64,000 bases of DNA from assembly GCA_050084985.1 (NCBI GenBank), contig JBITNC010000001.1:24614001-24678000 (forward strand). Reading direction: 5' to 3'. Both the position numbers and the translations under genes were made by a program. Positions 1-13,496 of this stretch are shown here, piece after piece. This DNA comes from Nageia nagi. Lineage: Eukaryota; Plantae; Pinophyta. Every line of letters starts with the position of its first letter. Position 1 is the stretch's first letter. The notes under the pieces are model-generated. The model worked only from the letters and a program-made list of their open reading frames with translations. It made no database searches and had not been told where the DNA came from.

Positions 1-3000
1 CTTGAGCTGCAGAGAGAGTAAGGATAACTTTTATAGTAGGTATCTTTACCATGGGAGCAAATATTTTCTCATAATCTACATCGTATTTCTAAGCAAAACT
101 TTTAGCTACTAAACTTGCCTTGTATTTTTCAATATCTCCTATTAAATTGAATTTAACCTTGTAGATCCACTTATTAATAATCACATTCTTTTCATTGGGA
201 TAAGGAACCAAGTCCTTAGTTTTATTTTTCATAAATGTCTCGTACTCAACTTTCATGGCTTCCATCCAGCACTCGTGTCTAAAAGTTTTTTTGAAGGTTG
301 AAGGCTCATGCTTGTTATCAATTTTGGTAATTAAGGATTTGTTTAAGGTCATGCTCTTTGTTAGCCTTTATATTAGAGAATTTTGTTTCTAAGGTGACTT
401 ATCTATATCAATATCCAACCAACTAGGAGCAACTGAAGAGTCCTCTAGATCATCAACATTCTTATTAGAAGCAGATTCTTCAGAAAGTTCATTGAACTTT
501 ACATCCCTTGAAATGAATACTACTTAATAGGTTGGAGAGTAAAGCCTATAGCCTCTATGCTGATTGTCATAACCCACAAAGATGCATTTTTAATTTTTTT
601 ATCCAACTTCTTTTTCTCAAAAATAATGTAAGAGAAAGCTTCACAATCAAACATCCTAAGGTGAAAAATATTAGGTTTTCTTCCTTATCATGCCTCAAAA
701 AGACTTTTACTCTGAATGGCTTTTGTGAGATACCTATTCAAGTTGTAAATAGCAGTGCTTACAGCTTCACCCCATAAGAAATTAGAAAGATTACCCAATA
801 TGCATCTAGCCATCTCTATAATTATTCTATTTTTCCTTTCGATAACATCGTTCTACTGATAAGTGTAAGGACTTATTAACTACATCTTGATTCCATACTT
901 AGCATAATAGTCATTGAACTCATTGCTATTATATCCTCCTTTATTATCTGATCTCAACATCTTTATTTTAAGGTTAGTCTAATTTTTAATAAAACCCTTA
1001 AAAACTTTAAAAATTTTAAAGATTTGATCCCTATGCTCAAGTAGATACCCAAAAATCATGCTACTAAAGTCATCAATGAAGGTCAAGATGTAAGATGCTC
1101 CTCCAAATGACTTAGTTTGAAATGGATCCATCAAATCTGAATGCACAAGTTGAAAAAGTTAAGATGCTCTTATTGCTTTATCTTTTTCAAACTTTTATTT
1201 ATGCATCTTACCAAGAATACACTTCTCGCATAGACCAATCGAAAGAAAAATTGAAGGCAAACCTTCTATAAGTTTTTAATCTTTCATGATTTGAATACTC
1301 TTATGGTTAAGGTGCCCTAAACGATGGTGCCAAAGATTACCTTTAGAGCACACACTAGAAGTAAAACACATCTTTGATGGAACTTTATCCATAATGTAGA
1401 GGTTATCTTTCATAGATCCTAAGTCCTTTCTTAATGCATTAGGATTGAGAGTTGAACTCAAAAAAGTACCCTTTTCTAGTAATTTAGATCATGAAGAGAA
1501 GGTTCATCCTTAACTTAAAAATATAAAGAACATTTTCAAGAAACTTTTTGTGAATTAGTACACTTCCAATTCCTTGGATTTCAATGGTAGAGTTATCACC
1601 TATCACAACAGCATCATTTTTATACTTGTGAAAGTTTTCAATATTTTTTTCAAAGCATAGATGATTGGTGCAACCAAATTCAACAATCCATTCAGATGAA
1701 AAAGAGTAAGACATGGAGTAGAGCATTGTAGCAAAATCAGCATGTATATTCTATTTTTTTTGTAATTATTTACATTTTCATTACCTTTATTCTTTTCCTC
1801 TCTTTTCTTTTTGTAGCAATCAATTTTTTTATAACTTTGAATGTCATAATAGTTGTAATTGCCATCAAACTTTTTCTTAGGATAAGGAGTGTTTACTTTA
1901 CCTTTTCCATCTCTTTACTTGAAATAATTATTGTTACCATTATTTTTGTTGTTATGGTTATTATTTCCATTGTTCCTATTGCTGTTGTAACCATTACTTC
2001 TTTTATCAAACTTTTTGAAGGAAGAAGGATAAGATTTTTTTTATGATTGAACTTTTTGAAAAAGGTTTTGGTTGCTCCAAGAGCAATATTATTATCCTTA
2101 AGAGAAGAAATCAACCTTTTTTTGTTAAAGGTTTTCTCATGCTTCAATAGGTACCTTGAAAGGTTCTTAAAGGAGAACTTTTTTTTAATCATCAAGTCTT
2201 ATTTTCATAACCATCATAAAGTTTTCAAACTTTGAAGAGAGACTTTGAAGAATGATGAAGACCATGAACTCATCATTGATCTAATTACATCCATAAGTAA
2301 TAAGTTAGGTCTTTAGGTCAATAATTTTATTTAAGTAGATAACCATATTTTCATCTTACCTTTGATAAGATTGAACCAACTTTTAGAGAATGGTAAACCT
2401 TGAAAAGTTTGAACCAAAGTAGATTTGTTTAAGCTTATCCCAAGTTTTTTTTATCGAATTTGAAGAGGAAATCATCAAGAGCACATCATTTAAAACTGCA
2501 CAGTAAATCATGGAGGTTACCAACTCATTCTTTATATTGTAAGCTTCTAGTGCCTTCTCATCTGTAGGAGGTATAAAGTTCTTATTCATTGTTTGCTAAA
2601 GCTTCTTTACCTGTAATTTAGCTCTTATCTAAGGTTCTCAAATCCCATAATTGAAACCATTAAGAATGTATTTGGGTAAAAAAGAGTCTCCCATTTGCTA
2701 CACAAGAATGTAAAATAATAAGCATATGGTTTTAATAAGCAACCTTAAATGTTAAGTTTTAAACAAGTAAATAATACATGTTGCATTTAACACTAAAGAT
2801 ATGCTTGATTTGATTCACAAATGTAAATACTTTACAATTCAAATAATAACCCATGTGTCTAAATAAATTTCTCATCTCAAGAATCGTAGATGTAAATTGA
2901 CATTGTTAAAGCTTATTTTCTTATTTAAAATTAGGCTTTTACTTGGATGCCCACACAAGAGGAGCCCAAGTACTACCAATCCTCAACCAATTCCCTTTGA

Positions 3001-3499
3001 GCAGTAATATACTCTCACAAGGAGAAGTACTAGCTATTTTTCAAGGTTTCGATATTTATTGAATCGATCAAATTATTAATCTTGATTAGGTTTCAAATTT
3101 TTCTCCTAAGTTATCAGAATAATCCCTAAATGGACATGAGGATATGTGGTATCACTACACACATACCTATCCAACTAATAGAGTTATGTCCAGACTAACA
3201 GAGGACTTAAGGGCAATTGAAAAGTACGAACTTTTTACCATTTAGATCGTCAAACTTAAAGACTCCAATTCATCTGACCTCAACTCATGGCTTCCCAAAC
3301 AAGTCATGTTACAGAATGTACGTGTAGATGTGTTCATTTTAAGGGGTTGCTTATATCAATATTTGAATTTTTGTTTGCATAAGCAAATAAATCAAAGTGC
3401 AAAACATAAAGTAAAAAAGCATAAGTAAACATCATCCATGTAAAATTTGAAACCTAAGAGTCTAATGGATTTTATTTACTAACCCCTAAAGGACATCTT

Positions 3500-3790
3500 T
3501 ACATAGGTCCATAATAATTTGCACAAGTATATTAACTTTGCATAAGAAGATACTTAAATTTAAGTAAGCATGCATTATTCCATAACTTAAAAATATTAAG
3601 TAATAAGCATGCATCATTTAAATATAATTTAAGTCCTTGAGCATGCATTAACTTAAAAAATTAAGTTCTAAGTATTAAGCAAAAAAAAATGCATCATTAA
3701 ATAAGTAACAAGCATGCATTTTTTTTAACTTAAAAAATTATGATTTAAGTCTTTAAGCATGCATTTAAAAAATTAAGTCCTTAAAAAAAA
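3500..3790. repeat. Degenerate AT-rich tandem repeat built on taagcatgcat/ttaagtcctt units in the copia A leader
   Basis: The motif (ta)agcatgcat recurs near 3566, 3605, 3641, 3711 and 3755, with spacings of about 35-70 bp. Confidence 0.65.
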
Positions 3791-4929
3791 TTTAAAGTAA
3801 AAGAATTTTACAAATAATATTTCCTTATTTTACTTTAAAAATAACCCCTAAGATAGCACACTAATTTAGGCTTAAAAAACTAACTTCTAATCATATAACA
3901 AATTATCCCTTTTTTGCTTTTTTTTTTTTTTAATAATCATAAGTAAGATGATCAATACTCAATTAAATAAGTGTACTTACAAATGTAAAGTAATATTATA
4001 TTACACTTACCTAAGTAAAGAGAAATCATCACGAGCTGACTTCTAATTCAAGCAAAAATTAAATGAAAAATGAAGATCTATACTCCATGTAAGAGCATTA
4101 ATTTCAACTTTTAGCCTTTTACTCCACGTTAAAGGAGTCATAAAAAAAAATGCTAGTAAGTTGAAAAATTAATGCTAGCAAAAAAGAAAGAGTATATGCT
4201 ATGCTAAAAAAGATAAACTTTGTTTTTAAGAAGCAAGAGGCTTGTAAGTGATCATAAATGGTCACCAACGAAGACAGGTTGCATGGAGGTGAGGGAAATA
4301 AGGGGAAGAAAAAATATATATTTTAAGACAGGCCAAGCACACGAAATAAAAAAGGGAAGGGGCATGAGATGGCGAGGCACGCAAAGGTGGTAGGCGGAGC
4401 ATCAGAGGCTGATGAGGGAGCAGAAGAGGTCTGAGAATGTAGGTTTTAGGGAGAGAAACAAAGGCTAGCACCACCGTCAGTGAGGATGCACAAGCAAGGA
4501 GGTCAGTGACGAGGTGGAAAGAGGGCACCAACAGAGGTCGTGAGCGTGTGGTCACCAAGGGTGCAGCTACTTGGGGTCTGCACGATGGACGGTGCAGTGG
4601 AGAGAGCTACAGGCGGGGTAGTAGGAGGTCGTAGGTTGGGTAGGAAGCCATAGCAGGTTGTGGCCGACCAGTAACACTGTGGCAAGTGGGTGAGGCAGCT
4701 GAGCAGGAGGCGACAGTGGTGGGCAGTGGACAAGGCGACGGACCAAGAGGGCGGTAGAGGTCGCAAAAGAGCAGAGGGGGCCACTGAAGGACCGTGGAGG
4801 GTGGCAAGAGATCGTAGGCTACAAGGGGGGTCGACAAGAGGCCATAGTAGGCGGCAACGCCGTGGGTGGCGCAGCGGTGATGTAAGAATCAATCGTTGAG
4901 AAAATTTTGAATTATGTTTATATTTGCCC

Positions 4930-4933
<4 letters not shown>

Positions 4934-4966
<33 letters not shown>
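4934..4966. repeat. (TA)n microsatellite
   Basis: Read directly from the sequence. Confidence 0.95.
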
Positions 4967-4970
<4 letters not shown>

Positions 4971-5468
4971 TGCTTGACATATAAATAAATAAAAAAATCT
5001 ACATACAACCCTCTTTATTTAAAAAAAAAATTTACCTCATTATTCTAGCACTTAATAATGGAGCGAAATAAAATAATATATAATTTTTATAAAATTATAA
5101 CATTATTTTTATACTATAACCATTTTTTTTAAATTACAACTAACAAAATACTTTTGTTAGAAAAAAAATCCATAGTAATAACATATAAGTATATTCAAAA
5201 AAATGGATTGGTTCATAACAAGAGGATGTTAGTACCTTGCAATGAAACAATAATAAAGAATGTATAACAATTATACATTATTCAAGTAAATTTGTTTTTA
5301 AAAAAATGATTAACCCAAAAAAAATTAGTATTATGTAGCAAAAGTAAAGGAGTTTATACCTTTGAATATCTTTTACCTTATAATGGAGTGAAGGCTAAGT
5401 AATAAGGACCTCCAAGTTGAAGATGAAGAACTTCAATCACCAAAGATGTGAAGAGGAGCCTCTAAGTT

Positions 5469-5480
5469 GCTTTGATACCA
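5469..5480 (-). promoter_or_regulatory. Primer-binding site (tRNA-iMet type) of copia A
   Basis: Plus-strand gctttgatacca equals minus-strand TGGTATCAAAGC. Confidence 0.85.
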
Positions 5481-5483
5481 AAA

Positions 5484-5977
5484 TGAAGGAACTAACACTA
5501 ACAAGATAATTCCTAATCAACCAAGATCACATGAAAGCTCACAATTACATCTGACAAACTCATAAAGCAATTTCACAACACAAAATGTAAGTGGTTCCTT
5601 CAACTAGGAGTACATCCACTAACTAGATCTTTACTTCAATCACAAATACAATTCTCTTACAATTCTCCTAATCTCAACTCCTACACTTCTATCCTATAGC
5701 ATAACTTTACTCTACAATTGGTGTGTGATCACAAAGAGGGAGCCTTCTATTGATAGGCCAAAATCCCTCTTTGGATCACCTTTCTATCCAATGTATAAAA
5801 ACATGACATGCACATCTTTTTACCCAAAGGGCATGCTCATGACATGAACTGTAGGACAAGTTACATTATCATATTCACTTAAATACTTAAGGTATCAAAT
5901 GATACCCTTAAGTATTAGTGAACTTACATAGAAGATTTAATACAAACCTTTATAATAATGCATTATACATTCCAATA
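5484..5977 (-). repeat. 5' LTR of copia A
   Basis: Minus-strand termini TATTGGAA...TTCCTTCA. The CA end lies 3 nt from the PBS, and the other end abuts integrase sequence of a different element. Confidence 0.75.
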
Positions 5978-8489
5978 AGGATCAAACATTTTTCTACTTC
6001 AAGGAATTCAAAGCACTTATGGAGAAACAAACTTCTTGTCACATCCATGTTCTCCGCTTAGATCGAGGGGAAGAATACTAATCAAATAAGTTTTTTGCAT
6101 TCCTGAAGTAGCATGGGATTTGATGACAGTTGACCACATCCTACACACCACAACAAAATGAAGTTTGTGAATGACGAAATCAAACCATTATTGAAATGGC
6201 AAGAAGCATGTTGAAAGATGCAAAACTGGATGGGATATTTTGGTTTGAAGTAGTGAATACTACCACATATTTGTTGAATAGGGCACCCACAAAAGCTCTT
6301 GATGGGATGATACTTAAAGAAGCATGGTCAAAAGAGCAACCCAATATATCACATTTGTGAGTGTTGGTTGTACCGCATACATGCACATTTCTAAGGAGCA
6401 AAGGAAGAAGATTGATGACAAATCAAAGAGGTGCATTCTTCTCAAGTACGATAGTGAATCCAAAGCCTATAGAGTCATGGATCCTACTACTTGAAATACT
6501 TATATCAACAGAGATGTAATCTTTGATGAGATTGGTGAATCTTCAACTAGTCCACATGTAAAAGTACTTAAACTTGATAGTGGCCCCATAATCAATTAGG
6601 ATGATGAGTATGATGAGAGAGACTCTAGTTGTGAATTTGCAACTGCAAAGACCTAAGTGGTACCAAAAGACATTGTAGGATTCAAACTTGAGTGCTCCAC
6701 CAGACACTTCAATTTCCAGATCAAGGACATAGAGCATGGCTTGTGAAGAAGTGAATTTGGAACTAATGAGCATAGTTGTAAATACACTTGAAACAATTCG
6801 TGAAGCTATTGCATTGGAAGTCAGCCATGCAAGCTGAATATGATGTACTAATGAAAAATGACACATGGAAGTTGGTAGATCTTCTACCAGCGAACAAGGT
6901 AATTAGATGCAGATAGGTGTTCAAAACCAAGTACAAAGCTGATGGTACACTCGACAAGCATAAGGCCCGACTCATTTCTAAAGGGTATGCTCTACAGGAA
7001 GGTATTGAATATAAGGAGACTTTTGCTCCCACAGCCAAGATGAAGACCATCAGAATTATTTTTGCAATGGCACTACAATTTGGCTGGAAATTCCATCAAA
7101 TGGATGTGAAAAGTGCCTTCTTAAACTAAGACATAGAGGAAGAAGTCTATATGCAGCAACCTAAAGGATTTATGATTGATCCAAGAAAAACAAAAGTGTG
7201 TAGATTGATCAAATCTTTGTATGTTTTGAAATAGCATCCTCGAGCCTGGTACATGAAAATTGATTCCCATCTACTACGACATGACTTCAAGAGGAGTCTG
7301 TATTATCCTACTTCAACAACATGGGGGGGAGATTGTCATAGTTGTAGTTTATGTCGATGATTTGGTTATCATAGGCAACATTAAGGAGTTGATCATATCT
7401 TGCAAAGGTGACCTAAAATGATCATTTCGACATGATCGACCTTGGATTATTTCACTAAGGCCTTGGATTAGAGGTCTAGCATATGCAGTACTGGATATTT
7501 GTTTCAGGATGACAAAATGTGACCTGCTGTCCATGCCAATTGAACCTAGTTTACATTTGTCATGCCATGATTGTTCTCCAATGATAAATGCAACTCTCTA
7601 CCATTAGCTGATTCGAGGGTTAATTTACCTAGCATACAAGGTCATATATTTGTTATGTCATCAGCTATCTTTCAAGATTTATGCATGAACCAAAGAAGGC
7701 CCACTAGGCCATGGTAAAGCATGTTTTGAGGTACATCCGTGGCACTAATGATTATGGCCTAGAGGACAAGAAGAACAATAAGTTCATCTTGTCTAGATAC
7801 ATGGATGCAAATTATGGAGGATCCTTGGATGATAGAAGATCAACAATGGGATATGTGTTCTTCCTTGGATCTGGACCGATTTCATGGGCTAGTAAGAAGC
7901 AAAGCATCATATCCAAATCTACCATATAGTCAAAATACCGTGCTACAGGAGATGTTTGTGAAGCAGTATGGTTACGTCATATTTTGATAGACATTGGAAT
8001 TCCACATAAACAAGCCATAGTTCTGCATTACGACAATCAAGGTGTATTGAAACTAGTTTGAAATCCTTGTTTTCATGAGTGCACCAAACACTTTGAGATA
8101 CAAGTGCACTTCATTCGAGATCATATTTCATTACACAACATTCAGCTCTAGTACATTTCCACAAAAGAGCAAATTGCAGATGTCTTCACTAAATCTCTTG
8201 ATAGTGGAAAGCTTGAATACTTTCGATGCTTCCTTTCATGTCCTCTAAATATCTAATGTATTATTGGTGGTATTAGAAATAATACATTAGATAATAATAA
8301 ATACTTTAGGTATCTACATGTTTAATAAATACATTAATATTTATACTAATGTCTCATATTTTAATATTAGGGTTTATGGGTAATTTTGTTATTTCTACGT
8401 GAATGTAACTCCCTTTTCTACTGTATTTAAACCCTTCTCATTAATGAAATAGATCAATTCTAGCTTCCCTCTGATATATTTTCCAAACA
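5978..8489 (+). mobile_element. Ty1/copia retrotransposon B, 3' half (integrase-RT-RNase H-3' LTR), interrupted by copia A
   Basis: Integrase KDQTFSTFKEFKALMEKQT..LRLDRGEEY and YTPQQN; RT FKTKYKADGTLDKHKARL, HQMDVKSAFLN and VVYVDDLVI; RNase H YMDANYGGSLDDRRST, DNQG and IADVFTKSL. Probable 3' LTR at about 8271-8489 (tattag...aaaca). Confidence 0.9.
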
Positions 8490-9774
8490 ACACATACTAA
8501 GTATGCCACATACTTAGCATGATTTCCCATTATTTGCATTGCCACTTACACCTCATGAGATCATTTTTAGCATAACATATGGCTAATAACTCCATCTCTA
8601 AGAGAACATGAGAATGGCAAATATTTCCACTCTCCAACCACTAAATGGTCCATTGGATATCTCTTGAGATCCTCTCGTCCATGCCATTTCCTTTCTATGC
8701 GAAACACATCCATGAAACTATCTGAAATAACATCCTCAGAAAACTCCTCATAACTGTCTCCATCCAAGATCTGTCACTTCTATATGAAATTACATTTGCC
8801 TCAACATGGAGGTATTTACAAAACACTCACATATATAACATGTTTTAACTCACACAAAGTTTACACACACATTGCAATGCATTTCATCCCCAACGAATGG
8901 AATTATCCTACAAAGGAAAATTAACTTTTTCTATTCTCCTCAAGATCCTTTTATAACAATAAGGGCTTACAAAATAGAAGTCATGGTTACAATAAATAAT
9001 ATTATCTCCAACCAAGAAATTATCTTCACTTCCAAATTACAATCTGACTCTTAACAATTAGTTTGAGCATCAACAATATTTGAGAAGATTTTATGTTGAA
9101 TAATAGTAATTAAAGATGACTACTATTCACACCTATTTTGTCTCTTTAAAATACTCCAAATCGAATAAATGAGCTCTACGCTCTTTACATGGGGCACAAC
9201 TTCATAGATTATAATTTCCCATGTGATGTGGCATTCAATCATATGTACACAATCTTTCCATGGTTGCACATTCCAAACACATACATGCCCATTGCTGAGT
9301 TGGCTAGACTGTCCACGCTAGCAATCTTCTATGTTAGACTACAAGGTGGGTCCCCCATGCATATGTGGCCTCCATAATGTTAGGTCCTCCTAATGCCCTG
9401 CAGACTCCATAAATGTGTGTACGTGATGACATGGCGATGGATTTTGTTGCTGACCACTACTGTAGACCACCCACTTGGCATTTATTTTTTGGTTGTCCTT
9501 TTGGATCCCATTGATTTAAAATGGTATTGATAATATTTTAAAACCTTTGCAAAATTTAATTCCAAAATACAAAATAAAAAATAGTAATCTTTAATTACTA
9601 TTTTTGCAAATTTCAAACTTTCACAATTTGCTCATACGGTATCGAATTTTCGAACCATTGAAGGCATTGGAGATATGGTGGAGAGCTCTTTGTCATGAAG
9701 AGAACAAATCACAACTTTGAGAGTTTTAACTTTTTTTATCCAATTCCAATTTTGGATCAGATTGTTAATAGCTT

Positions 9775-12160
9775 TTGGTGCCTCTTTTTCCCTAAGTCAT
9801 GTATGTGCTCTATCATTGATCCACTTCCGAATCAACGCTCAATTATTCCTAACCCTCAACCTCATCTTTGTCATTTCTTCATTGATAAAATAGTTTTGCT
9901 AGTAATCTACAAATTTCAAACCAATAAAGTTGTCAACTCTAAAAAGCTAAGTGTTGAATTTCCCAAACATAGTCCTCTAGTTTTGGTTGTTCATCTTGTT
10001 GAAATGTCCAACTACATCTCTTCTTAAGGGTTCCCCCTCTCTTGGACCTCCAACATCATCCATCCCATCTACAAAGTTGGTGACCCCCTCGACCGTGAAA
10101 ACTACACAACAATTATTGTTAGCCACACCTTATCAAAACTCTTTGCCATGACTCTTGATGAGTTCATATCTAGCATTGACAAAACACATAATTTATGAGC
10201 ACTTGGTCAAGTTGGCTTTCATAGAAATTACCACACTATTGATCACATCCTCACTCTACATGCCATCATTGAAGAAGCTCGAGCTAACAAACAAAAGATT
10301 TATTGTTGCTTTGTTGATTTTTACAAAGCCTTTGATACTATATGAACACCTCATGTACTAGAGACTCGAGAACTGGGAGATCCTTATAGAAGTCATATCC
10401 CTTATCATGATATTATATGAACAAGTTGTAGGCCAATTCCAAGTTGATTCTCACGTATTTGATAGGGTAGACAACACTATTGATGTAAAACAAGGTTGTC
10501 CCCTCTCACCTACTCTATCGGTGCCTATATTAATGAACTTTAACAATTGATCTCAAACACCTTAGGCCCAAGTGTCAAATGTTTAATGCATGATTCCATT
10601 GCCTCATTTTTTCTCCTTATAGAGGATGTTATTTTGTTATCTCATATAATAGCTAAGCTTCAACTTAGGTTGGCACCTTGACTACCTTTTCTGATACTCA
10701 TACTCTTGAAGTGAATCTTACAAAGACAAAGGTGATGTCATTCAATATATCAAGAGCATATGCTACCAAAACTCACCTAACTTTCCAAGGGCAATCGATT
10801 GAGGCAATCATATCTTATGCTTATCTAGTGTATCATTCACATGTCCTACTTTCAACTTGACCCCAGCCTCCCAAAACAAATTGAATAAAGGTTATGCTAC
10901 AACTATCACACTCGAAAGACAATGTTTTCAACTCTAGTTCTAGGATATCATGGCAAAAATTACACTCTTCCATACTCTTATCTCTCCAACCCTACTTTAT
11001 GAATATGAAGTTTAGGGACCTAGCTTAAGACACTTTGTTTGGGCTTCCATCGAGAGGGTTTTGATCAATATGCTCTCAAGATCCATTTAGCCCAAACGAT
11101 ATCCCTCATTCCATTAATTTGGTTGAATTTGAAACCCCATGTTGGCTCTTGCAGTATTCCGTGTTATCAAGCTTATGAATAAGATCAACCACATGATTTC
11201 AACAACTCCTAACTCGAAGAGATGCTCTCTCTTAGCGCTCAAATCCTCAATGCAACTTGCAAGTGAAGGCATTCCTTGGTGTTAGTACTCAAAAGACACC
11301 TCTGTCATGCAATCCATAGGCTTAGATATCAAGTGAATACCTCCCTTTTAATTCCTAAATAGGACCTTTAATCCTTCTAGTAGAGATCACAACAAAAGGA
11401 TAAAAAATGAAATCTATTCATCTTATCTAATAACAACATGAATTGAACCAAAAAAACCACTTTACTAAAGTTCTTGCATTATCTTCAAGTTTATATGAAA
11501 ATAGAGAATAGTGTTATTGTCATCACTTACCATATCACACTACACATACCTCAAGGTCTTTGTTTCCCTCTTGATTGGTTTGCTCACACTAGCTCCGTAT
11601 TGAGACAAACTATTATGTCTCTAGAAACTAGCGCATATGCAAACTAGGTAGCATGAAACCATAGACTAAAAAGAATTTTATATTCATTGTCCTATCTAAT
11701 GTGAAATTTGAGGTCGATTCCTTGCTTATTTAGAGGTGCCCACACATTGAAATCATGGATGAGTTACAAATAGCAAAAACGTGTTGCATTATATCAGAGA
11801 AGCCATCTCCTTCAAACAATAAATGATCATCAATAGATCCTGTAACACATCAAGTTCCAAATTTATCACATCTTATTTTCAACAACACGAAGCTACAAAT
11901 CAAAAACATCAAATGAACCTTGAAGACTCAAAGGATCACTTGTTGGCACATTACTGCTAAACTCGTAAGGTTTACTTCCTTTTGTTATAACATAAAGTGT
12001 TTCTTTACAACCTTGAATATTGACAAAGCTCTTTGACTCTCTATATGTAGACTTCCTGCCTCACTAAACCCTACTGTATTTTGACATTATTATTTGTCTA
12101 CTTCACTCTTACACACCGTAGTTGCACTAGGCGCTTCCTTGTTCTTATGTACATTTTGGT
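9775..12160 (+). mobile_element. 5'-truncated non-LTR retrotransposon (LINE) with RT pseudogene and Cys/His C-terminus
   Basis: Translated pieces SWTSNIIHPIYKVGDPLDRENYTTIIV, QVGFHRNYHTIDHILTL, CCFVDFYKAFDT, VKQGCPLSPTL, LEVNLTKTKVM and LRIET..RICKL..HCPI. Boundaries are approximate. Confidence 0.88.
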
Positions 12161-13426
12161 TACCCACGGAAATTAATATCGAATTTAAATTTATCTTCAT
12201 TTCTATATCAAATATAATTATAAAAAGAGTTATATCAATAAAGATAAAATTTAAAATAACCTTAAAAGATAGATTATTTCCTTAACTTTTTATCTATAAT
12301 ATAGAATTAATCTTTTCAAAATTGTTATTAAAAGGAAACAGTTACATGTCCTCTATATTGTATTAAACAATGTATTATTTTAAAGTCACAAATGGTATTT
12401 TTTCAAAAGACTAAGTATTTATAGGAAATTAAATTATATTAAAACAAAACAAAAAAGAACATGTTAAATTTGAACCATGTATTATTTATCATCATGTTTT
12501 CATAATCAATTCTATGATTACTCCTTTATAGATGAAGTATTAAATGAATGAATGATGTCTTTTAGCCTCATTTAAACACACTAGTTTGTAGGATCTATCA
12601 AAGTATTGTAAGTGGTTAATTGGTAGATGGTCTGGAATTACACTACCTAATACACTGCATATGGAGACTTTGTTTGAGAAAATATAATCATGAAGAGGAA
12701 AAACAATTATCTTCAGAAGTTCGGTAAGTTTTTCTTGGTTTTTTTTATATGAAAAGAATATAAACAAACTAGTTATATTCAATTATACAATCAACATCTT
12801 TATCAAAAATTCCACTTTACCAAAATCGTTTATGTTTAGATAATAATTGTGACTTCTTCAACAGCTGAACAAATCATAATTCTAAAATCGCACTTGAAAA
12901 GCTAGTGTGATTAATTCTTGAATATAACATATCAAGGTTCCGCATAACCATTTTCACTTGGAGCTAGTCATGTTTATATACTCGGTAGGCCCATTGGATG
13001 ATAGTTACCCATATTCTACAAAATTACTCCAAGATTCAAAATGGATGATTTCCTAAATAAATTGTTGTGCTTGTATCTTGTATCCCTTGTTAGGTCTGTA
13101 ATCAACTATCATGAAGTCTCTACACGATACCAGACAAACCCCTTCAAAATCTCATCTGCTGCCAATGTTTAAATAGCAATAAAAAGGCACAAATATCATA
13201 TATCATTACATAGACCTTGCAATGGCAGTGTACAACAGTAGATGGATTATAAGTATTTAACCACTTATCGCAAATAATATTGTGGAATCCGTAATACACT
13301 GGATACATTATCTGCAGGCATAGAAAAACAAAATACACAAGCAAATCATAAACATACCAGTGAAAAAAGCATGAGCTAGGAATTCTAGAACTGACGATGT
13401 TTGAGTCTTACAAAACCTGTATGTCT

Positions 13427-13496
13427 TCATGCTGTTAATCTTCCGAGTAAAATTCCAGTGAATACAAGTGCTCCAAACCACTTATTCGAGACGAAC
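13427..13496 (-). CDS. COQ2: COQ2 last coding exon: [22 protein letters not shown]
   Basis: ggcag|G TTC GTC TCG AAT AAG TGG ... GCA TGA; 70 nt. Confidence 0.96.

Larger units (their letters stand above)
1..5977 (-). mobile_element. Ty1/copia LTR retrotransposon A (decayed; 5' LTR, PBS, long leader, gag-pol running off the window start)
   Basis: Minus-strand remnants in copia order: gag (ATG at 2694, MGDSFLPKYILNGFNYGI; 2383-2589), protease-like EWIVEFGCTNHLC (1484-1726), GAG-pre-integrase LWHHRLGHLN (1276-1461), integrase, and RT start EPSTF..KWIYKVK..KYKASLVAK (89-352). Many stops and frameshifts. Confidence 0.9.

Noticed and set aside
4262-4899. Overlapping ORFs of 69-129 aa
   Set aside because: Low-complexity products of a GC-rich block with few stop codons; no domain motif.
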